A DNA stretch of 64,000 nucleotides, taken from the NCBI GenBank assembly GCA_030650095.1, contig JAUSEE010000033.1, positions 26,757 to 90,756 on the forward strand, given 5' to 3'. The DNA comes from Candidatus Buchananbacteria bacterium. Lineage in GTDB: Bacteria; Patescibacteriota; Patescibacteriia; 2-01-FULL-39-33. The position numbers were made by a program, and so were the translations under genes. The notes beneath the pieces are model-generated. The model had not been told where the DNA came from. It searched no databases and saw nothing but the letters and a program-made list of their open reading frames with translations. This document shows, piece by piece, positions 8,118-18,336 of this stretch. Each line of letters opens with the position of its first letter. Positions within the stretch are counted from its first letter, which is position 1.

Positions 8118-8470
8118 AAATTAATTGCGTATTATTTTTAATAATTTCACTCTTGGTTTTAGGCGGTTGCGTAAAGCAGAATACCAACCAGGCAAGTGAT
8201 AATACAATAATAGCTGATGAAAAATTCTGCATTGCCAAAACGCAGTCAAATATAAGCAGCGATGAAGCTTACGAGATTGCCAAACAAAGCGCTTGCGCTC
8301 AGGCCGGAATTGTAACCGAAGACTGCAATTGCGATAATAATACCTATACTTGTTCCTTTACCATAGAAACTGATAAGACAGATTGCCATCCGGTTTGCGT
8401 GGTTGACTTAAAAACCCAAAAAACAGAAATTGATTGGAACTGTAACGACGGCTCTAAAGCGAGCCCATAA
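8114..8470 (+). CDS. Cys-rich lipoprotein (hypothetical)
   Basis: 118 aa; lipobox LVLGGC at the signal peptide end; 10 Cys in the mature part. Confidence 0.5.
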   Translation: MKINCVLFLIISLLVLGGCVKQNTNQASDNTIIADEKFCIAKTQSNISSDEAYEIAKQSACAQAGIVTEDCNCDNNTYTCSFTIETDKTDCHPVCVVDLKTQKTEIDWNCNDGSKASP

Positions 8471-8560
8471 ATTTGCTTGTCGTGCATTTAAATAGGATTC
8501 CCGGTCTTGGCAGTTGGAGGCCGGGTTTTTCTTTTGTCTTTTTTTTGTTAGAATACGCCC

Positions 8561-9814
8561 ATGTCTTATAAAAAAATAATAATCATACTAACGCTTGTCT
8601 TGTTTCTGCTTTTTTTGGTTATTAATATTCCCACCCCCTTGAAAATCGAAGGGGACGGAGTTTTTTATTATAGCTGGTTAAGATCAGCTTTTTTCGATCA
8701 GGACTTTTATTTTTATAACGAATTAGAACATTTTTCTGCTTATGATGTTGGCAGCCGGTGGTTGTTAAATAGCAGTTTTAGAACCTATATCGGTAAAATA
8801 CCCAATCCCTATGCTTATGGCACGGGTTTATTGTGGTTGCCGTCTTTTATTTTAGCCGGTTTTCTGTCATTGATTTTTAATTTGCCGCCAGATGGCTACT
8901 CATTTTTTTATGTCTGGCTGCTAAATTTCTCCAGCTGGTTTTTTGGCCTGGCTTCGTTTTATATCGTTTATCTTAATCTAAAAAAATTCTTTAGCAACAC
9001 AATTTCGTTTTGGTCGTCCTTGGGCATTTATTTGGCTACGCCTTGGTTTTATTATCAATTTTTTGAGCCTTCTATGTCGCATATGGCTTCGCTGTTTATA
9101 GTTTGCTTGTTTTTTAATTTTGTCATTAAATTTTATAAGAAAGAAAGGGTTAATCTGTGGCTGTTTGCCCTGGCAATTTTTTTAATGCTAGCGGTGAGGT
9201 GGCAGAATCTTCTTTTTTTGCCAGTTGTGTTGCCGGTTTTGTTAAATCGCCGAGCGGAATTAAAATTAGTGGCCAAAAGATTATTGTCGATTGTGGCGCC
9301 AGCCGTTATTTTCTGGCTGACGCAATTTTTTCTGTGGCATCATCTTTACGGTTATTATTTTGTCCAACCGCAAGGCCGGGGATTTGTCAGATTTGATTGG
9401 CATGGCTTTTATGTTTTATTTTCCTCCAATCGTGGCTTGCTGTTATGGTCGCCATTATTAGTTTTAGCTTTCTGCGGTTTTTATTTTTTGTATAAAAAAT
9501 CAAAATTTTTATTTTTTATTTCTATTTCCGCTTTTTCCCTGCAGTGGCTGATAAACGGCTCTTTAAATGATTTGGGCGGAGGCGATGCTTATGGAGCTAG
9601 GAGATTCATTGAAACCCTGCCCTTTTTATCACTGGCTTTGGCGGCTTTTTGGTCTAAAATGAAAAATAAATGGCTAATCATTGCCCTTATAACTGTTTTT
9701 ATTATGTGGAATGCGGTTTTAATACAAAATTACCGTCTAGCGAAGATACCGCACCATGGTGAATTTGATGTGTTGAAAATTAATTATTTTAAAGATATAA
9801 TTCCTATTGATTAA
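8561..9814 (+). CDS. Polytopic integral membrane protein (possible GT-C-type glycosyltransferase; function unknown)
   Basis: 417 aa, >=10 hydrophobic helices, aromatic-rich; no definitive motif. Confidence 0.45.
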   Translation: MSYKKIIIILTLVLFLLFLVINIPTPLKIEGDGVFYYSWLRSAFFDQDFYFYNELEHFSAYDVGSRWLLNSSFRTYIGKIPNPYAYGTGLLWLPSFILAGFLSLIFNLPPDGYSFFYVWLLNFSSWFFGLASFYIVYLNLKKFFSNTISFWSSLGIYLATPWFYYQFFEPSMSHMASLFIVCLFFNFVIKFYKKERVNLWLFALAIFLMLAVRWQNLLFLPVVLPVLLNRRAELKLVAKRLLSIVAPAVIFWLTQFFLWHHLYGYYFVQPQGRGFVRFDWHGFYVLFSSNRGLLLWSPLLVLAFCGFYFLYKKSKFLFFISISAFSLQWLINGSLNDLGGGDAYGARRFIETLPFLSLALAAFWSKMKNKWLIIALITVFIMWNAVLIQNYRLAKIPHHGEFDVLKINYFKDIIPID

Positions 9815-9968
9815 AAGGTTAATATTACTATTAATTTGACAATAATATAAATTTTTAATACAATCAAAAGTTATCGGACTGCGTCAAAAAGGCGGTTTAG
9901 TCTGAATAAAGTTCTTTATAAATCAAACTGCCGACCGGAATTATTCCGGCGGCAACAAGGAGAAACTT

Positions 9969-11090
9969 ATGAGTAGTGGATTTTGGGCTGTAGTGGAAAA
10001 ATTATTTTCCGACGCCGGCATCGCCATAAATGGCAACAATTCCTGGGATATTAAAATACACAACGACAAGGTGTATAGGCGGTTTTTGGCCGGTGGTTCC
10101 CTGGCGCTAGGCGAATCTTATGTTGACGGTTGGTGGGATGTGGACAAATTGGACGATTTTTTTTATCGCATTTTCCAAACTGATTTGGCCGATAAAGTTA
10201 AAAACAACTGGTCGGCTATTAGCCATGTTATGCTGGCTAAAATTTTTAATTTTCAGAATAGAGCGCGTGCTTTTGAAATAGGCGAGCGCCATTATGATGT
10301 TGATGAGAGTGTTTATAGGGCCATGCTAGGTGAGAGTATGACTTACACTTGCGGTTATTTTTCGGCCGGGGCTGGCGATTTGGATCAGGCTCAACTGGCA
10401 AAATTGGATTTGGTCTGTAGAAAAATCGGTTTGAAGAAAGGTGATCGGGTTTTGGATATAGGTTGCGGCTGGGGCAGTTTTGCCAAATTAGCCGCCGAGA
10501 AGTATGGGGCAGAAGTGGTGGGTGTAACTGTCTCCAGAAATCAGGTTGAGTACGCCAAAGAAAAATATAATGGTTTGCCCATTGATATACGATTTCAGGA
10601 TTATCGGGATTTAAACGGGAAGTTTGACCATATAGTTTCGCTGGGTATGTTTGAGCATGTCGGGGTAAAGAATTACCGGATTTATATGGAAGTGGTTAAA
10701 AAATGCCTAAAAAAAGATGGTTTATTTTTGCTTCATACTATCGGTGGCAATCACTCTGTTAATAGTGTCGATCCTTGGGTTAATAAATATATTTTCCCTA
10801 ATGGCATGTTGCCGTCCATTAAACAAATCGGCCGATCCATAGAGAATTTATTTGTGATGGAAGACTGGCATAATTTTAGCGCCGATTATGACAAGACTTT
10901 GATGGCTTGGCATAGTAATTTTACCGCTAATTGGGTTAAGACCGGCGAAAATAGGGATCAGAGATTTATCCGGATGTGGAATTATTATTTGCTCTCTAGC
11001 GCCGCTTCGTTTAGAGCTCGTAGGAATCAATTGTGGCAGGTGGTTTTGTCGCCCGAGGGGGTTTTGGGCGGTTATAAATCTGTTAGGTAA
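9969..11090 (+). CDS. cfa: Cyclopropane-fatty-acyl-phospholipid synthase (SAM-dependent methyltransferase)
   Basis: 373 aa; SAM motif VLDIGCGWGSFA, CFA-synthase family blocks (GESYVDGWWD, MTYTCGYF, IVSLGMFEHVG). Confidence 0.85.
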   Translation: MSSGFWAVVEKLFSDAGIAINGNNSWDIKIHNDKVYRRFLAGGSLALGESYVDGWWDVDKLDDFFYRIFQTDLADKVKNNWSAISHVMLAKIFNFQNRARAFEIGERHYDVDESVYRAMLGESMTYTCGYFSAGAGDLDQAQLAKLDLVCRKIGLKKGDRVLDIGCGWGSFAKLAAEKYGAEVVGVTVSRNQVEYAKEKYNGLPIDIRFQDYRDLNGKFDHIVSLGMFEHVGVKNYRIYMEVVKKCLKKDGLFLLHTIGGNHSVNSVDPWVNKYIFPNGMLPSIKQIGRSIENLFVMEDWHNFSADYDKTLMAWHSNFTANWVKTGENRDQRFIRMWNYYLLSSAASFRARRNQLWQVVLSPEGVLGGYKSVR

Positions 11091-11168
11091 AACAAGATAA
11101 ATTAAAAGTCAGCCAAATTATTTAGGCTGATTTTTTTATGACACCAATATTTATGCTATAATAACTCC

Positions 11169-12158
11169 ATGAAAAATAAAAGAGTTGAGAAACTTATCCG
11201 TGATTTATCAGCCGATTATTTTGTCTTTGCGCCTCAAAAATTAGGCGCTGATTTGGCTCCGGGCTATGAATACGGCATCAGCGAAGTTAAGGATATAAAT
11301 AATATAGATTGGTCGGGGCGGGTGCCTTATGGCAATTGGAAAGAAGTTTTACTGCCTCATCATGAGCGTCTTTTTGATCTTAAAAATGGAGAACTAATTA
11401 AAGCCAAGGCTAATAGTCCGTTAATCGCTTGTCTGGGCATGAATATTTTGGATTTAAAAGCCCTCACTCTTTTTGAACAGGTTTTTGCCAATGATGTTTA
11501 TTATCAGGAACGCCGGCGCAATCTTTTGATTATAGGTTATAGCACCGGCTTGCCTAATGATTATAAAAAGAATAAAGTTTTTTCCCACAATTACAAAGAG
11601 GATATTTTAGAGCATGTTGTTTTTGATATTTTCATAACCAGCCAAAGCAATGGGAAAATAGCTCTTTATTCCGGCTCGGAGAAAGGCCAAAAAATATTGG
11701 AAAAATACGGCCTGGGTGATTATCAGCATATAGAATTTTCCGGTCCAGTGGCTGAAAGCGGACCGGATAAAAGAATGGCGTCTATTGCCAAAAAAATGGA
11801 AAATTCTTTCAACCATCCGGTGTGGGACGATTTGAATAAAAGATGCATCGCCTGCAGCAAATGCACCATTGCTTGCCCGACTTGCTTTTGTTTTGATCTG
11901 GAAGACAGGAATGATCCGGCGGATAAATCACGCAGTCGCAAATGGAGCTCCTGCTTTAACAGCGATTTCACTTTGATTGCCGGCGGCCAAGATGATTTGG
12001 ATACGGTTAAAAAGAAAATATTTTTTTGGTATTTCCATAAATTTGTCAGAATACCCAAAGAGTATTCACTGCCCGGCTGCGTGGGTTGCAATCGTTGCAC
12101 CCTAGCCTGCCCGGTAGGAATTGACATCAATAAGACAATTCAATCTTTGATGAAATAA
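11169..12158 (+). CDS. [NiFe]-hydrogenase (group-3-like) beta subunit / AsrA-like 4Fe-4S protein
   Basis: 329 aa; two ferredoxin-type motifs CIACSKCTIACP and CVGCNRCTLACP; architecture of sulfhydrogenase HydB / anaerobic sulfite reductase AsrA. Confidence 0.7.
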   Translation: MKNKRVEKLIRDLSADYFVFAPQKLGADLAPGYEYGISEVKDINNIDWSGRVPYGNWKEVLLPHHERLFDLKNGELIKAKANSPLIACLGMNILDLKALTLFEQVFANDVYYQERRRNLLIIGYSTGLPNDYKKNKVFSHNYKEDILEHVVFDIFITSQSNGKIALYSGSEKGQKILEKYGLGDYQHIEFSGPVAESGPDKRMASIAKKMENSFNHPVWDDLNKRCIACSKCTIACPTCFCFDLEDRNDPADKSRSRKWSSCFNSDFTLIAGGQDDLDTVKKKIFFWYFHKFVRIPKEYSLPGCVGCNRCTLACPVGIDINKTIQSLMK

Positions 12159-12164
12159 ATATCC

Positions 12165-12986
12165 ATGTTTAACATCTACCAGCCGCAAAAAGCCAAAATT
12201 ATCAGCCTCAATACGGAATCAACCGATACCAAACTTTTTCGTTTAGCCTTAACTGACAAGAAAAATCAAAAAGAATTTAATTTTTTGCCCGGCCAATTTG
12301 TGCAAATCGGCTTGCCCGGCTGGGGCGAATGCCCGATTAGTTTCGCCTCTTCACCCCATCAGTCTGATAAATATTTTGAATTGGCCATCAGAAAAGTTGG
12401 CCAGTTAACAGGCCAGCTGTCAGAACTTAAAAAAGGCGATTTAGTTGATATCCGCGGCCCCTTTGGCAATGGCTTTGATGCTGATTTATTTAAGGACAAG
12501 CCCCTTGTTTTGGTGGGAGGCGGTTGCGGTTTTGTGCCATTACGACCCTTGATAATGGATTATTTGGCTGACAAAATGGAAAATACGGTTTTGCAGATAT
12601 TTTATGGCTGTAAAAATGAAGACACGCTTTTGTTTAAAAAAGAGCATGCCAGCTGGAATCGCCAAGCTGAATTGAATGTTATTTTGGAAAAGCCGTCGTC
12701 AAAATGGGCGGGTAAAAAGGGCTTGATAACCGATCTGTTTAAAAATAGAGTGATCACTTCCAATTCCATTGCTGTTTTGGTCGGACCGCCGTTAATGTAC
12801 CGCTTTGTCATTGCCGAACTGAAAAAAAGACAAATTACTGATGAGAATATTTATTTATCCCTGGAGAAAAAAATGTATTGCGGCGTCGGCGTTTGCCAGC
12901 ATTGCGCTATTGGGCCATATTACGTTTGCAAAGACGGGCCGGTTTTTAGATGGTCTGACATAAAAGACATTAACAATATTATTTAA
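12165..12986 (+). CDS. [NiFe]-hydrogenase gamma subunit / FAD-NAD(P)-binding oxidoreductase with C-terminal 2Fe-2S (HydG/AsrB/PyrK-like)
   Basis: 273 aa; FNR-like fold, GGGCGFVPLRP NAD-binding loop, C-terminal CGVGVCQHC...C cluster. 6 nt after the beta subunit. Confidence 0.7.
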   Translation: MFNIYQPQKAKIISLNTESTDTKLFRLALTDKKNQKEFNFLPGQFVQIGLPGWGECPISFASSPHQSDKYFELAIRKVGQLTGQLSELKKGDLVDIRGPFGNGFDADLFKDKPLVLVGGGCGFVPLRPLIMDYLADKMENTVLQIFYGCKNEDTLLFKKEHASWNRQAELNVILEKPSSKWAGKKGLITDLFKNRVITSNSIAVLVGPPLMYRFVIAELKKRQITDENIYLSLEKKMYCGVGVCQHCAIGPYYVCKDGPVFRWSDIKDINNII

Positions 12987-13015
12987 AATATTAATAATTA
13001 ATAACAATTAAAAGT

Positions 13016-13156
13016 ATGGTAGGAGCAGGACTAGTGGTTATAGGTATAATATTCCTATTGAAGAATCTGGGCATTATGCCGGATATTGCTTGGGACATCA
13101 TTTGGCCGATAATTCTGATAGTTATCGGTTTGACTATGATTTTTAAGAAGAAATAA
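13016..13156 (+). CDS. Small two-helix membrane protein (46 aa), tentative
   Basis: ORF below the 60-aa track cutoff: MVGAGLVVIGIIFLLKNLGI...WDIIWPIILIVIGLTMIFKKK. Fills the gap between the gamma subunit and hypC. Confidence 0.3.
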   Translation: MVGAGLVVIGIIFLLKNLGIMPDIAWDIIWPIILIVIGLTMIFKKK

Positions 13157-13159
13157 ATT

Positions 13160-13351
13160 ATGTGTTTGACAATTCCGCTGCAAATACGATCCATTGAAAA
13201 AACCATGGCTAATCTTTCTGATGGCCGTCAAGTCAGTTTGGCTTTGATAAAAAATCCCCAACCAGGGGATTGGGTTTTAACCAATGCTGATTTGGCTATT
13301 TCCAAAGTTTCAGAAGAAGAAGCCAAAGAAATTAACAACTATTTAAAATAA
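13160..13351 (+). CDS. hypC: Hydrogenase maturation factor HypC/HupF
   Basis: 63 aa; starts MCLTIP (HypC signature MC[LI][AG][IV]P with essential Cys2); length and GDWVL segment typical. Confidence 0.75.
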   Translation: MCLTIPLQIRSIEKTMANLSDGRQVSLALIKNPQPGDWVLTNADLAISKVSEEEAKEINNYLK

Positions 13352-13353
13352 AT

Positions 13354-14256
13354 ATGAGAAAAGGCATTTATCTGGTTTTAATCACGGCCGTGATTTCCGG
13401 CCTGTCAATTTTTTTTAATAAGTTTGCCTTAGAGGCTTTGGGTAAAAATGCTTACCAGTATACCACTTTAAAAAATATCATTCCGGCCGTTTTGTTATCA
13501 TTTCTAATTCTAACGCCGTTTATTTTTCCCAAGCTTAAAAAGTTAAATAAAGGCCAGTGGCTAAAATTATTTTTAATCGGCTTAATCGGCGGCAGTGTTC
13601 CGTTTTTATTATTTTTTAAGGGTATGAGCCTAACCTCGGCGGTTGGTGCTGCCTTTATCCATAAAACCCTTTTCATTTGGGTCGCCATACTGGCTTGGCC
13701 GCTGCTTAAAGAAAAACTGGGAAAGATACAGCTTCTGGCTCTTTTGATACTTGTTGGCAGTACTTTTATTTTCGGCGGATTTAAATATTTCAGCTGGGGG
13801 TATGCGCATAGCTTAATTTTAGCGGCCACTGTCTTGTGGGCGGTTGAAAGCATAATAGCTAAAATTATCCTGCGCGATCTTGATTATCTTTTAGTGGCTT
13901 GGGGACGGATGTTTTTTGGTTCGCTTATTTTAATCGGATTTTTAGTATTTACCAAAAATACCGGCGGCCTTTTGACAATTGATTTATCCCAATTTCTCTG
14001 GCTGGGTTTGGTAGGGCTATTTTTAACCGGTTATGTTATTAGCTGGTATAGCGCTCTGCAAAAATTGCCGGTAACGGTGGTGTCATCATTTTTAGTTTTG
14101 GCTTCGCCTCTAACCACCTTGTTGAATAATTTATTTATCACTCATCAATTTCCCAGCAAAGATATTTTAGGACTGGCAACTGTCCTGGTCGCTCTTATTT
14201 TATTATGGCAATTTAAACCGATAAAAAAATATGAATTCAATACCAAGTCAATTTGA
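13354..14256 (+). CDS. EamA/DMT-family transporter (10-TM permease)
   Basis: 300 aa, two tandem 5-TM EamA-like halves. Confidence 0.55.
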   Translation: MRKGIYLVLITAVISGLSIFFNKFALEALGKNAYQYTTLKNIIPAVLLSFLILTPFIFPKLKKLNKGQWLKLFLIGLIGGSVPFLLFFKGMSLTSAVGAAFIHKTLFIWVAILAWPLLKEKLGKIQLLALLILVGSTFIFGGFKYFSWGYAHSLILAATVLWAVESIIAKIILRDLDYLLVAWGRMFFGSLILIGFLVFTKNTGGLLTIDLSQFLWLGLVGLFLTGYVISWYSALQKLPVTVVSSFLVLASPLTTLLNNLFITHQFPSKDILGLATVLVALILLWQFKPIKKYEFNTKSI

Positions 14257-14995
14257 CGGCACAATTCTAGCCGCTCGCTACGCTTTTATGCCCAATAAAT
14301 TAAGGTATTGCGGCGGCGATAAAAACAGCGATATTTTTGATTATGTGACCCAAGATTCAAGCGACGGCGGCTTAAATGAACTGCTGAAGGAATTTGCCAC
14401 CATGTATCCGTATTTAAGATTGATTGCCGAGTCCAGTGGCATAATCAATCCTTTTGATTATAGAGTGGTCGAAGCTTATTGGCTGGGCAATGATCTTTTA
14501 AATAATGTGGATATGAAGAATTTTTATCGCTATATGATAGATGAACAAAAGTTAAAAAAAAGTTTCAAACCGAAATTACTTGATAAAGTTTTTGGCAAAA
14601 TTCCCTTGGGAGCCAAGCCGCACCATAGCTGGCATGTTTTAAATATCCCCAAGCGTACTGGCCATTACCCCGTTGAGCATACACTAGAAACTATGGATAA
14701 ATGCCGTATTAGCTGGGGCAAGATAAAAGAAATAAAATCCGATTCCGGTGATTTGACCACTAAGGCTATAGTTGAATACGAGCCGCTGGTTATTAAAGAA
14801 AACAGATTGGTTTTGGGCGATCTAATCGATAAAGAGGTTTGGCTGGGCTGGGACAAAAAAACATTTATCAATACTGCTAAGCCTGGTGATTTGGTTTCTA
14901 TCCATTGGGATTGGGTTTGTGATTATTTGACAGCCGGCCAATTTAATAATTTAAAAAAATGGACTCAGTATAATCTGAATTTAAGCAATCTGTAA
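14231..14995 (+). CDS. Hypothetical protein (254 aa)
   Basis: Overlaps the upstream gene by 26 nt; no recognisable motif; lies inside the hydrogenase neighbourhood. Confidence 0.45.
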   Translation: MNSIPSQFDGTILAARYAFMPNKLRYCGGDKNSDIFDYVTQDSSDGGLNELLKEFATMYPYLRLIAESSGIINPFDYRVVEAYWLGNDLLNNVDMKNFYRYMIDEQKLKKSFKPKLLDKVFGKIPLGAKPHHSWHVLNIPKRTGHYPVEHTLETMDKCRISWGKIKEIKSDSGDLTTKAIVEYEPLVIKENRLVLGDLIDKEVWLGWDKKTFINTAKPGDLVSIHWDWVCDYLTAGQFNNLKKWTQYNLNLSNL

Positions 14996-15049
14996 AAATG
15001 AACCCGACCCCGCTCTAAAGAGCGGGGTATTCGGGCAGCAACATTATAA
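14996..15049 (+). repeat. GC-rich repeat element, short copy (first hairpin + 3' tail only)
   Basis: aaatgaacccgaccccgctctaaagagcggggtattcgggcagcaacattataa equals copy 1 minus the internal segment bounded by the ggggtatYYgggc direct repeat. Immediately after the stop of the 14231..14995 CDS. Confidence 0.75.
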
Positions 15050-15053
15050 AAAA

Positions 15054-15075
15054 AGCTGCTATTTTTCTAGCAGCT
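15054..15075. terminator. Palindromic hairpin (agctgcta...tagcagct), probable bidirectional terminator
   Basis: 8-bp perfect stem flanked by A-run (5') and T-run (3'), between convergent genes. Confidence 0.4.
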
Positions 15076-15634
15076 ATTTGCTTGTTTTTTTGATGACGAT
15101 TTGATAGTGGTAATCAATGCCCGACCAAATACACACGAGCGATAATAATATTCCGCCTATCCAGTAGAAAAAGCCGTTTAAGAAATGAAATATTTCAAAG
15201 TTGCCGTTTTCCACCGGCATCAAAAAAATAAAAATACACATCAAAGGCAAGCTAACGGCTGTTTTGATTCTGCCTGATAGTTTGGCCGGAATCGGTTTAC
15301 TGGACACACTCCTTAAATGAGTTGAGGTGATATCTTTAAGAAATAGCAAGGCCACCGGGATAAAATGGATCATACTCATAGCCACTAGCGGCAAGTAAAG
15401 AGTTGTCAGCCACTTATCAGCCAAAGGATCATAGGTTTTTCCGAAATCGGAAATGCAATTGAATTTTCGAGCATACCAGCCGTCCAGACAATCAGTCAAA
15501 CAAACTACTAATACTAGAAATATGACCAAGAGATGTATTTTAGGCGATGTCTGGGCAAAATAAAGCAGTATTAAAAGGGGCGGGGTTAAAATTAACCGCG
15601 TTGTAGTTAAAATATTTGGTATCTGGTTTTTCAA
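15074..15634 (-). CDS. CDP-alcohol phosphatidyltransferase (PgsA-like)
   Basis: 186 aa; motif DCLDGWYARKFNCISDFGKTYDPLADK = D-x2-D-G-x2-A-R-x8-G-x3-D-x3-D. Confidence 0.8.
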   Translation of the reverse strand: MKNQIPNILTTTRLILTPPLLILLYFAQTSPKIHLLVIFLVLVVCLTDCLDGWYARKFNCISDFGKTYDPLADKWLTTLYLPLVAMSMIHFIPVALLFLKDITSTHLRSVSSKPIPAKLSGRIKTAVSLPLMCIFIFLMPVENGNFEIFHFLNGFFYWIGGILLSLVCIWSGIDYHYQIVIKKTSK

Positions 15635-15752
15635 AGTACCGTCTCCTATAGTGTGAAAAGCCTAGTTAATTTTATATACTTATTTGACGGATATGTCAAT
15701 TTAAGAAAAAAAGAAAAATCTGTTATAATAAGATAGTTTTATAACTATCCCA

Positions 15753-16565
15753 ATGTATCTGTTAAATATGATTAGAAACCGCCGAACTAAAAAGCCCAAA
15801 GTGGCCATTGTTTCTTTAACCTCCTGCGAGGGTTGCCAGTTTGTGATGCTGGATCAGGGGCAAAGGTTTTTGGATTGGCTAAAAAAAACCAATCTGGAAG
15901 AATTTCGGTTGGTAGAGGATGAGCCCATGACGGCCAAGCATTATGATATTTGTTTTATTGAGGGCAATCCGGTAACCAGAGACAATATCAAATTATTAAA
16001 ACACCTGAGAAAAACTTCTGATCTCTTGGTAGTGGTTGGCAATTGCGCGGCCTTGGGTGGTGTTTGGGAGGTAAAGAATTACCAGTCTAAGCAGAAAACC
16101 ATTAAACAAGTCTATAAAAAGTTAAAAGTAGAAAATCCCGACATCAAAGAAGTTAATAATTTTGTCAAAGTTGATTTCACTATTCCCACTTGCCCTATTG
16201 ACGGCGATGAATTTATGAGGATAGCCAATAACCTGATTGATGGCTTAGATCCTAAAATACCTCAAAATCCGGTTTGTTACGAGTGCCAGACCAGCGGTTA
16301 TGAATGCCTGCTCCTAAAAGGTGAAATATGCTTGGGCCCCATTACTTTGGCCGGTTGCAAAGCGGTTTGCTTAAAAAGCAAGCAGGCTTGCTGGGGTTGT
16401 CGTGGCTTGTTTGATAACGCCAAGGTTTTTAATTTTATGACTCATTTGCTTAATAATTTCCCGCGCGAGCAAGTTTACCGGGTTATGGAAGTATTCGGCG
16501 CCAAAGACACTATTATGGCAGAATTAGCCAGAGAGCAAAAAATAAAAATACCAATTAAAAAATAA
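15753..16565 (+). CDS. [NiFe]-hydrogenase small (delta) subunit
   Basis: 270 aa; proximal-cluster Cys motifs SLTSCEGCQ and VVGNCAALGG; further CxxC pairs in the C-terminal ferredoxin-like part. Confidence 0.8.
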   Translation: MYLLNMIRNRRTKKPKVAIVSLTSCEGCQFVMLDQGQRFLDWLKKTNLEEFRLVEDEPMTAKHYDICFIEGNPVTRDNIKLLKHLRKTSDLLVVVGNCAALGGVWEVKNYQSKQKTIKQVYKKLKVENPDIKEVNNFVKVDFTIPTCPIDGDEFMRIANNLIDGLDPKIPQNPVCYECQTSGYECLLLKGEICLGPITLAGCKAVCLKSKQACWGCRGLFDNAKVFNFMTHLLNNFPREQVYRVMEVFGAKDTIMAELAREQKIKIPIKK

Positions 16566-16721
16566 AATTATGTCTTTAATAAGATTTTTCAGAAGATTAA
16601 GCGGTCTAGTGCGTGGCAGTGCCATCATCCAAGCTCCGCCAACTCATGAGCGTTCACTGGCCGTAGCAGAGAAACCGGGACAAAAATTGCCGGAAAGCAA
16701 TGTGGTAAGGAAAAAAAAGGA

Positions 16722-17021
16722 TTGGCGTTTTTCCAAAGACGAATATTAATTAATTTTATAAATATGGGACCAGAATTATTAGAATCATTACCCGTGGATC
16801 AACTTGATTTAAAACATCACAACGGCTTACAGCTGGAATTAATGCATCAAATGATCGGCGAAAATCATTCTCGGCAGAAACAACAGGCTTGGGTTTTAAA
16901 ATACAGCCCAAAATTCAGAGAGTTAATCAACAACCCCGAGTATGATGAAATAAGAGCCCTGGCCTTAGGAGATGATTACAAGCAAGCAGCCGAACTTCTT
17001 CGCCCCCTTTTAGAAGAATAA
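16722..17021 (+). CDS. Hypothetical protein between hydrogenase small and large subunit genes
   Basis: 99-aa ORF (more likely start ATG 16764, 86 aa); helical, no motif. Confidence 0.3.
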   Translation: MAFFQRRILINFINMGPELLESLPVDQLDLKHHNGLQLELMHQMIGENHSRQKQQAWVLKYSPKFRELINNPEYDEIRALALGDDYKQAAELLRPLLEE

Positions 17022-17031
17022 AAATCAAGAA

Positions 17032-18333
17032 ATGAAAATTCAAATAAATCATATCGGCAAAATGGAGGGTCATGCTGATTTTGTGGCCGAGATATTAAGA
17101 GGCGATGTTAAATCAGCTAAATTGATTACCACCGAGGGTGCCAGGCTTATCGAGGGGATTTTAATCGGCCGACATTTTAGCGAAGCTCCGATTATTACTT
17201 CCAGAATCTGCGGTATTTGCCCGGTAGTCCATAAATTGTCTTCTATTAAAGCCATTGAAAATGCTTTCGGCTTAAAGCCGTCTCTTCAAGTCGTTAAGCT
17301 GAGGAAAATCATGAACTTATCGCAGTTGATCCATAGTCATGCGCTTCATTTGTTTTTTTTGTCATTGCCTGATTTTTTTGCCATTGAAAATGATTTGAAT
17401 TTCATAAAAAAATATAAAAAGGAAACCGAATATGCCATCAGAGTAAGGCAATGGGCTCTTAAAATAATAGAAACCATCGGCGGTCGAGCCGTGCATCCTA
17501 TTGCTTGCGAAGTGGGTGGTTTTAAAGTCTTGCCAGCTAAAAATGAATTAGTAAATTTACTTAATAATTATGAGAGTGTGTTAAAAGATGCTTTGGGGTT
17601 GGTTAATCTGGTTTTGAAAATAAAATTGCCTAAATTCAGCCGGCCTACGACTTTTGTCAGTTTAACTAACAAAGATGAATACGCTTATTATAGCGGTGAT
17701 ATTAAAGTAACCAGGCCGGACGGATCGGTAAAACACATTAAAGATTCTGATTACACCAAAAATATAAAAGAAATAGAAGAACCCTATCGAGCCGCCAAAT
17801 CGGCCACGCTAAATGGCGAGCCATTTATGGTTGGCGCTATTGCTAGAATTAATAACAATCACACCCAACTCAATCATTTAGCCAAGGGAATTTTAAAAAG
17901 CTTGAAATGGCAGTTTCCGCAATTGAATAGTTTTGAGAATATAACCGCCCAGGCCATTGAAATTGTCCACGCTTTGGAAGAGATAAACAGCTTGATAAAA
18001 GATTTGTCTAGTGATTATAATGAAAAGGAAAAAAGTTTATCAGCTGGCTTGGGAGTGATTGCCGATTCCAATCCTTTAAGTAAAGAAACCATTGGCATTG
18101 ATGCCATTGAAGCTCCGCGAGGCACCTTGTATCATTACTATAAGATTGATAAAAACGGCTATATAACCGATTGCAATATAATTACTCCCACCGTTTGTTA
18201 TCTTAAGAATATTGAAGAAGATGTTAAGGCCTACATACCGGATTTAAGCCAGTTGAGCGCTAAAAAACGAACCATTAAAATACGAGGCCTAATCAGGGCT
18301 TATGACCCTTGTATTGCCTGCGCCACCCATTAA
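17032..18333 (+). CDS. [NiFe]-hydrogenase large (alpha) subunit
   Basis: 433 aa; N-terminal Ni-binding motif RICGICPVVH (R-x-C-G-x-C-x3-H) and C-terminal DPCIACATH (D-P-C-x2-C-x2-H). Protein ends immediately after the His. Confidence 0.9.
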   Translation: MKIQINHIGKMEGHADFVAEILRGDVKSAKLITTEGARLIEGILIGRHFSEAPIITSRICGICPVVHKLSSIKAIENAFGLKPSLQVVKLRKIMNLSQLIHSHALHLFFLSLPDFFAIENDLNFIKKYKKETEYAIRVRQWALKIIETIGGRAVHPIACEVGGFKVLPAKNELVNLLNNYESVLKDALGLVNLVLKIKLPKFSRPTTFVSLTNKDEYAYYSGDIKVTRPDGSVKHIKDSDYTKNIKEIEEPYRAAKSATLNGEPFMVGAIARINNNHTQLNHLAKGILKSLKWQFPQLNSFENITAQAIEIVHALEEINSLIKDLSSDYNEKEKSLSAGLGVIADSNPLSKETIGIDAIEAPRGTLYHYYKIDKNGYITDCNIITPTVCYLKNIEEDVKAYIPDLSQLSAKKRTIKIRGLIRAYDPCIACATH

Positions 18334-18336
18334 TTC

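Noticed and set aside
9157-9396. 79-aa ORF inside the polytopic membrane protein gene
   Set aside because: Alternative frame of a convincing long ORF.
11091-11168. Promoter call upstream of the hydrogenase beta gene
   Set aside because: TATAAT is present, but no -35 at proper spacing (TGACAC at 12 nt, TTATGA at 15 nt). It is too ambiguous to list as a feature.
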